DNA from: a virus | Lineage: Duplodnaviria; Heunggongvirae; Uroviricota; Caudoviricetes | DNA: 64,000 bases | Reading direction: 5' to 3' (one strand) | Virus record (IMG/VR): IMGVR_UViG_3300032280_000361 | Shown: positions 28,654-38,220 of the stretch, in pieces | Layout of the letters: each line of letters begins with the position of its first letter | Numbering within the stretch: position 1 is the first letter of the stretch | Notes under the pieces: generated by a model | What the model was told of the DNA's origin: nothing | What the model saw: the letters and a program-made list of their open reading frames with translations, nothing else | Databases searched by the model: none | Made by a program: the position numbers and the translations under genes

Positions 28654-30594
28654 TTATCCTGCTTTTGTATCGGAAATTTGTAACCAACCTTCGGTAACCC
28701 TTCCGTTATATGTAAATCGTAAGAATCCGAAATTATTTTCAACTTTAGTAAATGTTCCTCCTTGCCCCTTAACAATATATGCAGTTCTTTTAGAAAGAGT
28801 ATTTGGGGTGGAATGAAAATATGCTCTATCGGTTGTAACGGTAATTAACCCTCCCGCATTAATAGGTGCAGGAGTTGCATTTCTAGAGATTGTTTGAACA
28901 ACCGTTGGTCTTGCAGGTAACGGAACTGATAATGGTATAGTTTTTAAATAGTTTTGTAAATCCGCCTTTGCCGTTGTTTGTAATTGTGATATTATTGCAT
29001 CTGATTTTGCTTGATTAATTGCACTTAGTTCTGCCTGTTTCTGAGAATTTGTTTTTAAATCTAAATCTAATACTCTTTCTCCCAAACTATTAATTCCGTT
29101 AATACCCGCAGTAATACCATCAATTGCAGCTAATGGGTCTGACCAATTTATATTACTAAAATTAGGTACAAAATTTTTAAGATTTACATTACTTAAATTA
29201 GGTAATCCAACTGATACTAATGAACCAATATCAAGTTTACCACCTCCGGCTAATTTTTGTGCAAGATTTAATGCAGCAGGTGGTATTTTTGGTATTTTAC
29301 TTACAACTTTATCTATTTTAGATGTTACTTTACTTAATTTACCCTCAACCTTATCTAATGCTCCTGTTACCGTTTTTAATCCAAACTTAGCTCTATTCTT
29401 TTTATCCTTTGGTACTCTTTTAATATCTACATTTTCAGGTTTAACTTCCGGCCCCAATACTGCTTCTTTTCGTTTAAAGAATGATTTAATAGAAGGTATC
29501 TTAGGAAGTTTTGTATTAACCAAATTCTTAAGGCCCTGAATCTTACCATTAATCATATCTTTACTTAATTCAAGTGCTTTAAAGTTTTTAAATTTCTCAT
29601 TTAAATCACTAGCAGTTTTAGATAAATTCTTTATAGCTCCAGTTGCATTATCTAATCTACTTTTTATACCCCCAACCGCTGCTATAGCTAAATTTGCATA
29701 AGCAACCCCAGCTCCGATACTACTAAGTATATTTGCTATTCTATCTCTTCTCTTCGGGTCTACGGGCACCGTCGCTTCAGTTCTAGGTGCGGTAGTTGCT
29801 TCTTTACTGTCTCCTTTTAAATCAAATACCGTTTTAACACCTGCAGGAATCTTATATGAGTATTCTAAAGGAAATGTTGAAGATAATCCTCCATCTAACC
29901 ATTGTAACATAAAAGATGGGGTTATAGACCAATATAATATACCACCATCATCACTCAGCCCCTTATTCTGAGAAAGATATTTATTTACAAAATCTTGCCA
30001 ATCGAAATTAATATAAACAAAGTTTCCATTATTTTTATCCAAATCATGTATTACTTTATCTAAATTATTTTGATGTGCAATAGAAAGAGTATTATATGTA
30101 AATTCTGAAATATATCTTTTATTATCCGAAGGAAGATGATTATCAATTACAGCAACATATGGAAAAAATGTTTCAGGTACAATTATTACATTTGTTAAAT
30201 CAGTATCAATTGGTATGGATATTCTGTTTATATCATAATAATAACCCGTTAGTGTTACCGTCTCTTTTTTACCTGTCGTCGCACCTACCCCAATAAAAGG
30301 TTCAATAGCTTCCAATGATGCAATAGAAGGAACAATAGGTGGAGGAGTTTTTACCGGAAACGTTTTTATAACAGGGTCAGGCTTTGAATTTTCCTCTTTT
30401 AATTTTTTTATAATTTCTTCCTCTTTGGATTGTCCAGGTCCTTTACTTTTACCCAAAATAAGGGGTAATGCTAACAAACTAAGTCCACCGGTAAAAGGAG
30501 CTGCGATAACCGAACCAATTCCAATTATTAGTTTACCTACGGTTGATTTTACAACCTTCTTAAACGCATTACCTATACTTTTGAAAAATCCCAT
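28654..30594 (-). CDS. large hypothetical protein, candidate virion-associated
   Basis: 646 aa, hydrophobic N-terminus, K-rich coiled regions, C-terminal SH3b-like stretch (YIVKGQGGTFTKVENNFGFLRFTYNGRVTEGW). Confidence 0.45.
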   Translation of the reverse strand: MGFFKSIGNAFKKVVKSTVGKLIIGIGSVIAAPFTGGLSLLALPLILGKSKGPGQSKEEEIIKKLKEENSKPDPVIKTFPVKTPPPIVPSIASLEAIEPFIGVGATTGKKETVTLTGYYYDINRISIPIDTDLTNVIIVPETFFPYVAVIDNHLPSDNKRYISEFTYNTLSIAHQNNLDKVIHDLDKNNGNFVYINFDWQDFVNKYLSQNKGLSDDGGILYWSITPSFMLQWLDGGLSSTFPLEYSYKIPAGVKTVFDLKGDSKEATTAPRTEATVPVDPKRRDRIANILSSIGAGVAYANLAIAAVGGIKSRLDNATGAIKNLSKTASDLNEKFKNFKALELSKDMINGKIQGLKNLVNTKLPKIPSIKSFFKRKEAVLGPEVKPENVDIKRVPKDKKNRAKFGLKTVTGALDKVEGKLSKVTSKIDKVVSKIPKIPPAALNLAQKLAGGGKLDIGSLVSVGLPNLSNVNLKNFVPNFSNINWSDPLAAIDGITAGINGINSLGERVLDLDLKTNSQKQAELSAINQAKSDAIISQLQTTAKADLQNYLKTIPLSVPLPARPTVVQTISRNATPAPINAGGLITVTTDRAYFHSTPNTLSKRTAYIVKGQGGTFTKVENNFGFLRFTYNGRVTEGWLQISDTKAG

Positions 30595-30636
30595 ACTGAA
30601 TAAACTATATTACGATAATAAATATCGAAAATAAGA

Positions 30637-31497
30637 TTATATGGGCTGTACGATGTGGGAGTAGCTTAAATCCACTTCTAAAAATTGAACAATCTCCTTT
30701 GCATACTTTTGGTGACCGAATACTCCAGGATGTACATCATCAATATCAATTTCATCCTTAATGCACCCATTAACCTTTTGAGCATATTCATAGGGTGCTC
30801 CAAAGGGAACTAAGTGTTCTGTAAACATCGGTTGAGGGAATTGAATCAAATTGTAATCCAAATCTCGTGTGATATAGAATCTAACCCCATTTAGCTTCAA
30901 AAAGGAGAGGAAATTAAGGAGTTTAAGGTTAAGTGATTGGATTATACTCTTAGGTTCTAAAATCGAATCTTTGATACCTTGAAACGAATTGCGGAAATAG
31001 TTATTATCATCATTATGTGTACGGAACGCATAATCCCTACATACGAACCAATCTTCTATATCATTATCATTACCTATAGTGTAGTTAAATAACAAATAAT
31101 CCTTATATTTCTTTGAGTAAAATTCTAAGCGAGAGTAATCGGGTACCTCTAAGAATACTATCATATCCTTTCGGTTATCCCAATTATCGGTAACGAATCT
31201 AAATGTCTTACGAATCAATCTCTCTATCCCACCACCACTCTTTGAATCGTTTACCGCCTTAATCCCTGTCATTTCGGAGAAGACCGCGGGGTAAGCCATA
31301 TCTAATCTTGTCTTCCAATAAGGAATCCCATACTTCTCTTTATACTTTTTAAGAACATCTCTCCTACCATCTGTGAGAGGAGGCTCAACTCCATTAGAAT
31401 CTCTTTCATTCCAATCTACATCATTTTCAGTTTCTAATCCACCACCTTGCGTAAACGAGCATCCATTGAAGTATGCTAACTTTATATCTCTTAACAT
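30637..31497 (-). CDS. SGNH/GDSL-like hydrolase (paralog 3 of 4)
   Basis: AYFNGCSFTQGGGLE block. Confidence 0.45.
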   Translation of the reverse strand: MLRDIKLAYFNGCSFTQGGGLETENDVDWNERDSNGVEPPLTDGRRDVLKKYKEKYGIPYWKTRLDMAYPAVFSEMTGIKAVNDSKSGGGIERLIRKTFRFVTDNWDNRKDMIVFLEVPDYSRLEFYSKKYKDYLLFNYTIGNDNDIEDWFVCRDYAFRTHNDDNNYFRNSFQGIKDSILEPKSIIQSLNLKLLNFLSFLKLNGVRFYITRDLDYNLIQFPQPMFTEHLVPFGAPYEYAQKVNGCIKDEIDIDDVHPGVFGHQKYAKEIVQFLEVDLSYSHIVQPI

Positions 31498-31499
31498 TA

Positions 31500-31904
31500 T
31501 TATTTTTTTGTTCTTCTACTTTTTTGCTTAGTGTTTCCGCCTATGTTAGTGAATAAACTAATTAATTCCATCTCTTTATGGTTTAATCCCTTTGTAATTC
31601 CATCGGATAAGGTATATACTAATTCACCTTTAGGATTAACTGCCATTCTTAGTAAATTTTTCTCACACATCTCATTAATGGTTTCCGCAATACCATCAGA
31701 TGATACTACCCTAACAAGTATAATAAATTCTTCTGAACTTAGATTCATATCATCTGTCTGTTCCCATTTTCTTTGCATTGCCACCTGTAATCTATATTTG
31801 AAAACATCTGCATCTACAAATGGGTAATCTCCAAAAAAATTAGTTTGATTTAGGATATCAACTATCTCATCGGATTTTTCTATAATCTCTGTTAGTATAT
31901 TCAT
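31500..31904 (-). CDS. hypothetical protein
   Basis: 134-aa ORF. Confidence 0.4.
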   Translation of the reverse strand: MNILTEIIEKSDEIVDILNQTNFFGDYPFVDADVFKYRLQVAMQRKWEQTDDMNLSSEEFIILVRVVSSDGIAETINEMCEKNLLRMAVNPKGELVYTLSDGITKGLNHKEMELISLFTNIGGNTKQKSRRTKK

Positions 31905-32101
31905 AAATTGATGTTTAGGTTCTCCATAGATTTCTCTAATTGGATAACATACGCTTCGAATTCAGGTGAGCGATAGTAACCTTCTACCATCTCCTCTACC
32001 TCTTTTAATTCTTGTTCTAGTGTTTCTATATCTTTTTCCATACCTATAAATATAAAAATAAAAATAGTGGTGATATTTCTACCACCACTACAAATATACA
32101 A
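31901..32101 (-). CDS. hypothetical small protein
   Basis: 66 aa, overlaps next start by 4 nt. Confidence 0.3.
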   Translation of the reverse strand: MYICSGGRNITTIFIFIFIGMEKDIETLEQELKEVEEMVEGYYRSPEFEAYVIQLEKSMENLNINL

Positions 32102-32124
32102 ATAATATTTTACTTTTACAAATC

Positions 32125-33036
32125 CTATTGGATATTCTTAAACATCTGAGGTACTGTACCATAAACCGGTAACTTACCATCCCATTTGTTAATGTATTCT
32201 AATTGTAATAACAATGGTGTTAGGGTTTGTTGTTTCATTCGGTTCGATTCAGCTTCAGCCTTTGCAGAGGTTAACATAGCCTGTGCATTACCTTCAGCAG
32301 TTGCCACCTTAATCTTTGCTTGTGCTTCGGCAGTTTTAACTTCGTTCTCTGCTCTCAATGCCGCCTGAACTGCATTGTTCTTAGCTTCGATTGAACGTTT
32401 GAATGTTTCGGGATAAATTAAATTAGAAGTAAATTGGTTGATTGTAAATCCTTCTTTCAATAACTGCCCATCCAATAATCTACGAACTTCAATTTCAAAC
32501 ACTGCTCTATTACTAATCAATTCATCGGCAGTATATTTGTTAGTTGCCAATCTGAATGCATCATATACAGCTGTCTTTAGGAATCCTTCTTCGATATCTT
32601 CCAAAGGTCTACGATACTTAGAAAATATTGCCGGAACTTTATCTCTCTGTACTGAATAGTTCATAATAGGTGATACATTAAATTCTGAACCATCCTTGCT
32701 ATTTACAATGAATGAATTCTCACCTTTGTATTCTTTATGTTGAATGTATGTAGGGAACTCATAAATGCGAGTTGTAATAGGATTGTAGAATACCATACCG
32801 GTAACTGCTACTACATCATCCACTCCTTTATTATCACCATAAAGATTTACTTTAACACCAACATGCCCTGCATCTACTCTTTCACATGAATTGAATAATA
32901 CTACTAATAGGATAAATCCTATGATACTTGCTCCGATTGTTTTAATCATTTTTTTAATTTTTAATTGTTGTTTTAATTTTTGTTCATCACGCTCCTTTTG
33001 TCTTAGAGCCTGATAATCCGTATCATACAATGCCAT
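32125..33036 (-). CDS. SPFH/band-7 (prohibitin/HflK-like) membrane protein
   Basis: N-terminal TM, VDAGHVGVKVNLYG SPFH start, C-terminal Ala/Glu-rich coiled coil. Confidence 0.7.
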   Translation of the reverse strand: MALYDTDYQALRQKERDEQKLKQQLKIKKMIKTIGASIIGFILLVVLFNSCERVDAGHVGVKVNLYGDNKGVDDVVAVTGMVFYNPITTRIYEFPTYIQHKEYKGENSFIVNSKDGSEFNVSPIMNYSVQRDKVPAIFSKYRRPLEDIEEGFLKTAVYDAFRLATNKYTADELISNRAVFEIEVRRLLDGQLLKEGFTINQFTSNLIYPETFKRSIEAKNNAVQAALRAENEVKTAEAQAKIKVATAEGNAQAMLTSAKAEAESNRMKQQTLTPLLLQLEYINKWDGKLPVYGTVPQMFKNIQ

Positions 33037-33037
33037 A

Positions 33038-33298
33038 TTACTTTGTTTTAGGTTTACGTTTTGGTTTTACATTGGTAGGTTCAATTGGTTTAACTTCTTC
33101 TACCGATTCATCCGAACTTCTAGCATATTCATATAATGCTAATCCACCCCAAACAATTAGTAACAATAATCCGATGCCAGCTAAGATGTTTAACAACGTA
33201 TTAGCGGTTGTTAGACCTGGGTAGATTACGAATGTTACAATTAAAAAAATTGTAATTGCATTGAAGATTTGAGTTTTGTACTTTTTTAATTTATCCAT
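33038..33298 (-). CDS. small membrane protein
   Basis: 86 aa, two TM helices, basic C-terminus. Confidence 0.4.
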   Translation of the reverse strand: MDKLKKYKTQIFNAITIFLIVTFVIYPGLTTANTLLNILAGIGLLLLIVWGGLALYEYARSSDESVEEVKPIEPTNVKPKRKPKTK

Positions 33299-33319
33299 TT
33301 TATTTTTATTTTGTTTTAT

Positions 33320-33772
33320 TTACCAAGATGAAGAATAATAATAAGAAGAATCACTTTCATCTGCTAATGCTTCTTTAAGAATTTCAATTGTATTATCGAT
33401 ATCTTTGAAATACCATTCATCGTATTCAGTACCTCCAAAGAAGAATCCACTCGCTGAAGGTAATAAAGAATCTGCTAACGAATGGTCAGCCTTTACCTTT
33501 TCACACGCGTCTAATAATTTTTCTAAATCATCAGTATCTACATAGTAATCACTACAATTATCTACACCCTTCTGTACATTCTCTACGAACCAATTGTGAA
33601 TCTGATTAGCCTTACGCCAATAACCTGCTTCCTCAATGATGTACTTAACCTTTTTAGGGTTAATGTTTGTAGGTTTTCCTGCTTTGGTTACCTTTACTTC
33701 ATAGTTGTTATCACCATTATGTTCCCAATGTTGAACATAAGTGTGCTTGTTTAGATACATGTCTAATCCCAT
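33320..33772 (-). CDS. hypothetical protein
   Basis: 150-aa ORF. Confidence 0.4.
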   Translation of the reverse strand: MGLDMYLNKHTYVQHWEHNGDNNYEVKVTKAGKPTNINPKKVKYIIEEAGYWRKANQIHNWFVENVQKGVDNCSDYYVDTDDLEKLLDACEKVKADHSLADSLLPSASGFFFGGTEYDEWYFKDIDNTIEILKEALADESDSSYYYSSSW

Positions 33773-33790
33773 AGTTTTATATTTTAAAGT

Positions 33791-34165
33791 TTAATAAATA
33801 ATATGAATTGGTTCTTTAATCTTTACACGCCCACCATTCTTTTTACCCCAACCTTGATTCGGGTCACTCTCACTTCGAGTCGTTGGAATAGTACCGGTGA
33901 AGTATTGTTCTAAGATAACGGCAATCCCATCACCTTCATTCTTAGTAAACATCAAATCACATACTTTACCCCACTCCAATGACCACTCAAACGAATCATC
34001 GTATGTTGAATCTTTAAACACTCTACCATAAGAATCATAATGCCCACGCATCTCTTCAATTACTTTACCATCTTTCAATAGGTACATTCTACACGCATCT
34101 CCATTGAACGAAGATGAAGCAACCGGTAAACCACTCTCTTTACAAATGAAACTGAAACATCCCAT
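33791..34165 (-). CDS. hypothetical protein
   Basis: 124-aa ORF. Confidence 0.4.
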   Translation of the reverse strand: MGCFSFICKESGLPVASSSFNGDACRMYLLKDGKVIEEMRGHYDSYGRVFKDSTYDDSFEWSLEWGKVCDLMFTKNEGDGIAVILEQYFTGTIPTTRSESDPNQGWGKKNGGRVKIKEPIHIIY

Positions 34166-34256
34166 AATTTTAAATTTTAAGTTTTATATTTAATTTTTAT
34201 TACATAGTAAATATACGAAATAATGACGAGACCACCAAATATTATTTCGTTTATTT

Positions 34257-34649
34257 TTAATCATATTCTTGTATATCATAGTAGTGAATCGTTGGATAAA
34301 CTTCTACAATCTGAGCCTTTCTATCCTTAAGTTGTTTAAGTTGGATATAGTACTCCTCTTCCGATTTAATAGGGTAATCGTGCCATCCACCATCTTTATT
34401 GGCAACTTTAATTCGAACTATCTTAAACTCATCGATATAACCGGTTCGTTCTGCCTTTTCATAATCATTAACGGTCTTAAAGGTAAAATCAAACACCTCT
34501 GTAGCCTTTGCAGCTTTTACATAACGATACATCTTATTAAACTCTTTCCACGCTTCATCTTCTGATTCAGCTGAAATAGTAACCCACTCCTGGTCGAAAT
34601 CACCATAGGAAGGGATAAACCCATAGAACTCAAACTCAAACTTTTTCAT
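34257..34649 (-). CDS. hypothetical protein
   Basis: 130-aa ORF; partial promoter motif TACATAGTAAATATACGAAA upstream. Confidence 0.4.
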   Translation of the reverse strand: MKKFEFEFYGFIPSYGDFDQEWVTISAESEDEAWKEFNKMYRYVKAAKATEVFDFTFKTVNDYEKAERTGYIDEFKIVRIKVANKDGGWHDYPIKSEEEYYIQLKQLKDRKAQIVEVYPTIHYYDIQEYD

Positions 34650-34671
34650 AACTTTATATTTTAAATTTTAA

Positions 34672-34884
34672 TTAATCAATTTCTCCAAATGCTCGAATCC
34701 ACTCCTCATTTGTAATACCTGTCATAAGGAACTCTCTATCTGCCATAGATAAATGAGGAACGATGTTCTGAATTAATTCATTTGATTGTGAACGATTTTG
34801 AATCCGTATCAGTTGATATTGGTCAACATCGATTTCCATCGTATGTTCCTTTCCTGTTAATTGACTAGTTTTTGTAACTTTCAT
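34672..34884 (-). CDS. hypothetical small protein
   Basis: 70 aa. Confidence 0.35.
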   Translation of the reverse strand: MKVTKTSQLTGKEHTMEIDVDQYQLIRIQNRSQSNELIQNIVPHLSMADREFLMTGITNEEWIRAFGEID

Positions 34885-34894
34885 ATTTTATATT

Positions 34895-35260
34895 TTAAGA
34901 TAAATCACTAAATAATACACCCCTAAATCCACCCTTCTCAGCCTCCTCAATACCTTCCCACTTAAAGAAAGATTCACGAGGTTTCTCATAAAGATACACA
35001 TTGAAGTTTCTACAAAACCCCAACAGCTTTTGTGTTTCCCACTCATAACTCATACTCCATGCTTCTTTGCCGAATGTGAAGTAAATCCAATCCATTACAT
35101 CACAAATATTCAACATCGGAAATTCATTTTCCAATTCAGCAATCGTTCGGTTTCTACCTTCTAATAACATATCCATATTGTTTGATTCTTTTATAAGTTC
35201 TTCGAGTTCTTCGATTTTCTCCGCCATCACTTCACAATCATAATAATCATAGTAGTTCAT
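34895..35260 (-). CDS. hypothetical protein
   Basis: 121 aa. Confidence 0.4.
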   Translation of the reverse strand: MNYYDYYDCEVMAEKIEELEELIKESNNMDMLLEGRNRTIAELENEFPMLNICDVMDWIYFTFGKEAWSMSYEWETQKLLGFCRNFNVYLYEKPRESFFKWEGIEEAEKGGFRGVLFSDLS

Positions 35261-35284
35261 ATACTTAATTTTTATAGGTTAGAA

Positions 35285-35644
35285 TTAAAGTCCCTGCTCT
35301 CTTCGTAAATCATATTCTTCTTTTTCAAACTCCGAATACTCCACCACCTTTAAATAAGGTTTGAAAGCAGTTTCGTAGTACCCTCTAAGGTTACCATAAT
35401 TAATCATCGAATCGATGAAGTTCTTACGAACGAAAGTCATATCTGAACTACCAAACCCCTGGTCTTCAGGCCAATCCGAATAATCAGAAGCAACATCTTC
35501 TAAGGAGTTAAATACTGCATCGGAATAGGTGATAACCCTTCCGGTAAATGTACCCACAACGGGGAAAGCGTTTCGAACAACTTCATACCCTTCTATTAGG
35601 GAAGAATGTTCGTGAACCTTAGATAGATTAAATGGTAAACTCAT
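35285..35644 (-). CDS. hypothetical protein
   Basis: 119 aa, immediately downstream of promoter cassette. Confidence 0.4.
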   Translation of the reverse strand: MSLPFNLSKVHEHSSLIEGYEVVRNAFPVVGTFTGRVITYSDAVFNSLEDVASDYSDWPEDQGFGSSDMTFVRKNFIDSMINYGNLRGYYETAFKPYLKVVEYSEFEKEEYDLRREQGL

Positions 35645-35769
35645 AGTGTATCTCTTTTAGTACATAGTAAAGGTACTAAATGAGTATGACATATCCAAGC
35701 AATTTACCAATTATTTTTGGAAATATTGAAAAATTTTTGATTGAGTATCAATGAGTTATAACTAATTGA
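35645..35769 (-). promoter_or_regulatory. conserved terminator-operator-promoter cassette (type 1)
   Basis: near-identical to 8581-8700 and 54430-54560 (TTGATTGAGTATCAATGAG ... CCAATTATTTTT ... ATCCAAGCA ... GTACATAGTAAAGGTAC ... AGAGATACAC-ATG). Confidence 0.55.
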
Positions 35770-36222
35770 TTATGAACGATTTACTTTACTCTTAATATCG
35801 TTCCAGCATTTAGAATTGTAGATTTTTTCTGATGCATAAGCCTCCACTTCAAACGGATGCTTCTTATATGAACCCTTAAACTTATTATATTTAGTACGAC
35901 AGGGTTGCAATTGATGAGTCCATTCGTGTATCATTGTATCTACTAACTCCCTAACATCTATTAGGTTTTTATAATATATACAAATTTCATTATCTATCTC
36001 ATCATAATCGCCACAAATTTGTCCATCATCTATCATAGCGGACAAATAGAACATAGGTTTATATCCTTTTCTATTGTTAACCCCCATATTTTGCTTACAC
36101 CATGTGAATACCATAGAAGCAATTCTACCCGTCTCCCTTCTACCAATATCCTTTATTAGTGTCTTAAGATAGATTTTCATCTTAGGTGATTTTGTATAAA
36201 TAGTCTGTATATCCGCTTCCAT
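35770..36222 (-). CDS. putative zinc metallopeptidase-like protein (HExxH)
   Basis: MIHEWTHQLQ motif in 150-aa protein. Confidence 0.35.
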   Translation of the reverse strand: MEADIQTIYTKSPKMKIYLKTLIKDIGRRETGRIASMVFTWCKQNMGVNNRKGYKPMFYLSAMIDDGQICGDYDEIDNEICIYYKNLIDVRELVDTMIHEWTHQLQPCRTKYNKFKGSYKKHPFEVEAYASEKIYNSKCWNDIKSKVNRS

Positions 36223-36235
36223 AAACGATTTCTTT

Positions 36236-36273
36236 AGAAAATAAAAAAGGATGGCCTCCTCGTTGCCATCCTT
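36236..36273 (-). terminator. rho-independent terminator
   Basis: minus-strand AAGGAUGGC-loop-GCCAUCCUU + UUUUUUAUUUU. Confidence 0.6.
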
Positions 36274-36360
36274 ACTATGTAGGGTACTTTTAGTTGTAAT
36301 AAAAGAGTAAAAGAGAGATTGAGGATGTAACCCTACTCGTAACCTTTATTATATAATGAT

Positions 36361-36522
36361 TACTTAGTTGCAGTAGTATCAGCTGCTACTGATGTAGAAT
36401 CAGTTGTAGTTGCAGTTGAATCTACAGCTACTGCAGTTGAATCTGTAGTTGCTTCTGTTGATGTACCTTTACCACCACATGCAGTCAAAGCTGCGATTGC
36501 GAAAATTGCGATTACTTTTTTC
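36361..36522 (-). CDS. small secreted lipoprotein (not in ORF track, <60 aa)
   Basis: MKKVIAIFAIAALTACGGKG lipobox signal then T/A/D/S-rich low-complexity tail. Confidence 0.45.
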
Positions 36523-36642
36523 ATTTGTTTTTGTTTTTTGTTTTAATTAAATTTATTATTTTTGATTGTAAATTTTGTAGTAAAAGAAGGGGAAACCAAA
36601 GGTAACCCCTTCTTAGTAATAAAGTAAGAACCCTTAATGGAT

Positions 36643-36821
36643 TAAGCCATTAATTCAGCTCTCACAGCTTTAGCCTTCTTTAAAGAACTAGCATACTGAG
36701 ATAATACTTCACCATTAGAACCTACTCTTACTCTGTAGTTTACAGTTCCAGATGGAGTTGTAATCTTTTGGATGTTAGAAGATACTGTCTCGTACATTGT
36801 TGCTTTTGACTTCTTAGCCAT
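36643..36821 (-). CDS. small basic protein (not in ORF track)
   Basis: MAKKSKATMYETVSSNIQKITTPSGTVNYRVRVGSNGEVLSQYASSLKKAKAVRAELMA, 59 aa. Confidence 0.4.
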
Positions 36822-36960
36822 AATAATTGTTTCAGTTTGATTATTCCTACTGATGGAGGTTTTTGTTTAAGAGAACTTTATAATAGGGGTCTCTCTGATT
36901 TAATCCCTTTCTTTTTACTTCGTAAAGATACGAAAATTATTTCAATCTACCAAGTCTTTT

Positions 36961-37275
36961 TTAATATATTTTCGAAAATCCTAATTTTTTTCGGAAAGAG
37001 TTTATCTCCTTCTGATAGGATGTGTTTTCTATTAATCGTTGACCCATATTACTACCATTAAATGCTCCTAAATAAGAGGATACTGAATTACGATTTGCTT
37101 TACCGAATATATCTTTCATTCGTTTAGTAAGATAATCTATATCATTCTTTAAGAATTTCTCACCTTTAGTTAAAGATGCATTGGATAGTGAGGCAGCTAA
37201 TGTCCATAATACTTTAGTTTTAGGTGTATATAACCCCTCTGCTGACCATTCTGCGTTTTCAATTGATGTTCTCAT
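36961..37275 (-). CDS. hypothetical protein
   Basis: 104 aa. Confidence 0.4.
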   Translation of the reverse strand: MRTSIENAEWSAEGLYTPKTKVLWTLAASLSNASLTKGEKFLKNDIDYLTKRMKDIFGKANRNSVSSYLGAFNGSNMGQRLIENTSYQKEINSFRKKLGFSKIY

Positions 37276-37296
37276 TTTGTTTTGTTTTATATTTTA

Positions 37297-37884
37297 TTAA
37301 ATTAATTCTAATGCTTTAGTAATATTACTTTCTGAATAACCATAACTCTTAGCTTTCTCAATTGATTTCTCAATTGAAAGAGGTCCGAATACATACTCAC
37401 CGGCAATCAAACCTTTCAAACACTTAACCGCTGAAGGCCAACTACCATGTGGAGCAGAGTTGTTACAATGTACATACTTAGCCCAACTCTCAATTTTCGT
37501 ACCATTTTCCGTTACGAATCCATCACCATATTCATAAATCTCTTCCCAACCATTGTACTTACCACCTGAAAGGGAATGAACAAATCCTGCAATCTCTTTC
37601 CACTCTTTAGATTCAATATCCAAATCTGAACCATTTGAGTTACAAACGTAAACCGAAACCGAGTTACCATTTGCGAAAGTCTCAGATGAACCCCATACCA
37701 AAAGGTTAGGATAGTTCTTTTTAACGAATGCCTTACTCATAGAGGCAACTTCCTTTCTACCGATGTTGATGTAAGGAGTTTCCAAAGGTTTACCCCAATA
37801 ATCAGTAGTTCTCAAACACTCAGCAGGAACTTCAAAGGTCATCCCCGCATAATTAAATTTCATTTTGTTTTTCATATCTCTCAT
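37297..37884 (-). CDS. hypothetical protein
   Basis: 195 aa; partial promoter motif TACATAGTAAAGATAGG..CCAATTATTTTTT upstream. Confidence 0.4.
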   Translation of the reverse strand: MRDMKNKMKFNYAGMTFEVPAECLRTTDYWGKPLETPYINIGRKEVASMSKAFVKKNYPNLLVWGSSETFANGNSVSVYVCNSNGSDLDIESKEWKEIAGFVHSLSGGKYNGWEEIYEYGDGFVTENGTKIESWAKYVHCNNSAPHGSWPSAVKCLKGLIAGEYVFGPLSIEKSIEKAKSYGYSESNITKALELI

Positions 37885-37941
37885 TTTTTATTACATAGTA
37901 AAGATAGGTAATTCCGTCCAAATGACAAAGTCTTTTCCCAA

Positions 37942-38049
37942 TTATTTTTTAAAATAATGTTCATAAACTGTCTTTCCGAAAACATATCCGATTAAGGATA
38001 CCCCACCAATGATGATGGCTTCTAAAACTGAAATTGATTCGTTGTACAT
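37942..38049 (-). CDS. very small TM protein (not in ORF track)
   Basis: MYNESISVLEAIIIGGVSLIGYVFGKTVYEHYFKK; start preceded by same TTGTTACATAGTAAAGATACGAAAAAG context as gene at 48518-48718. Confidence 0.35.
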   Translation of the reverse strand: MYNESISVLEAIIIGGVSLIGYVFGKTVYEHYFKK

Positions 38050-38160
38050 ATCTTATCTTTTGTTACATAGTAAAGATACGAAAAAGGCTGGAACTAGCAA
38101 GCTTTTATCCAATTATTTTTAAAAATTCTTGATTGAGTATCAACGAGTTACGCAAAACAA
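38050..38160 (-). promoter_or_regulatory. conserved operator-promoter cassette (type 2)
   Basis: near-identical to 48719-48835: TTGATTGAGTATCAACGAGTTA ... CCAATTATTTTTAAAAA ... GCAAGC ... GGAACT ... CTTTTTCGTATCTTTACTATGTAACAAAAGATA-ATG. Confidence 0.55.
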
Positions 38161-38161
38161 A

Positions 38162-38194
38162 AAACCCATTGAAAATCAATGGGTTATGTATTAT
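38162..38194 (-). terminator. rho-independent terminator after 541-aa repeat protein gene
   Basis: minus-strand AACCCAUUGA-UUUUC-AAUGGGUU + UUUUGUUUUG. Confidence 0.6.
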
Positions 38195-38220
38195 AATATT
38201 TTATATGTATTAATCCTCTA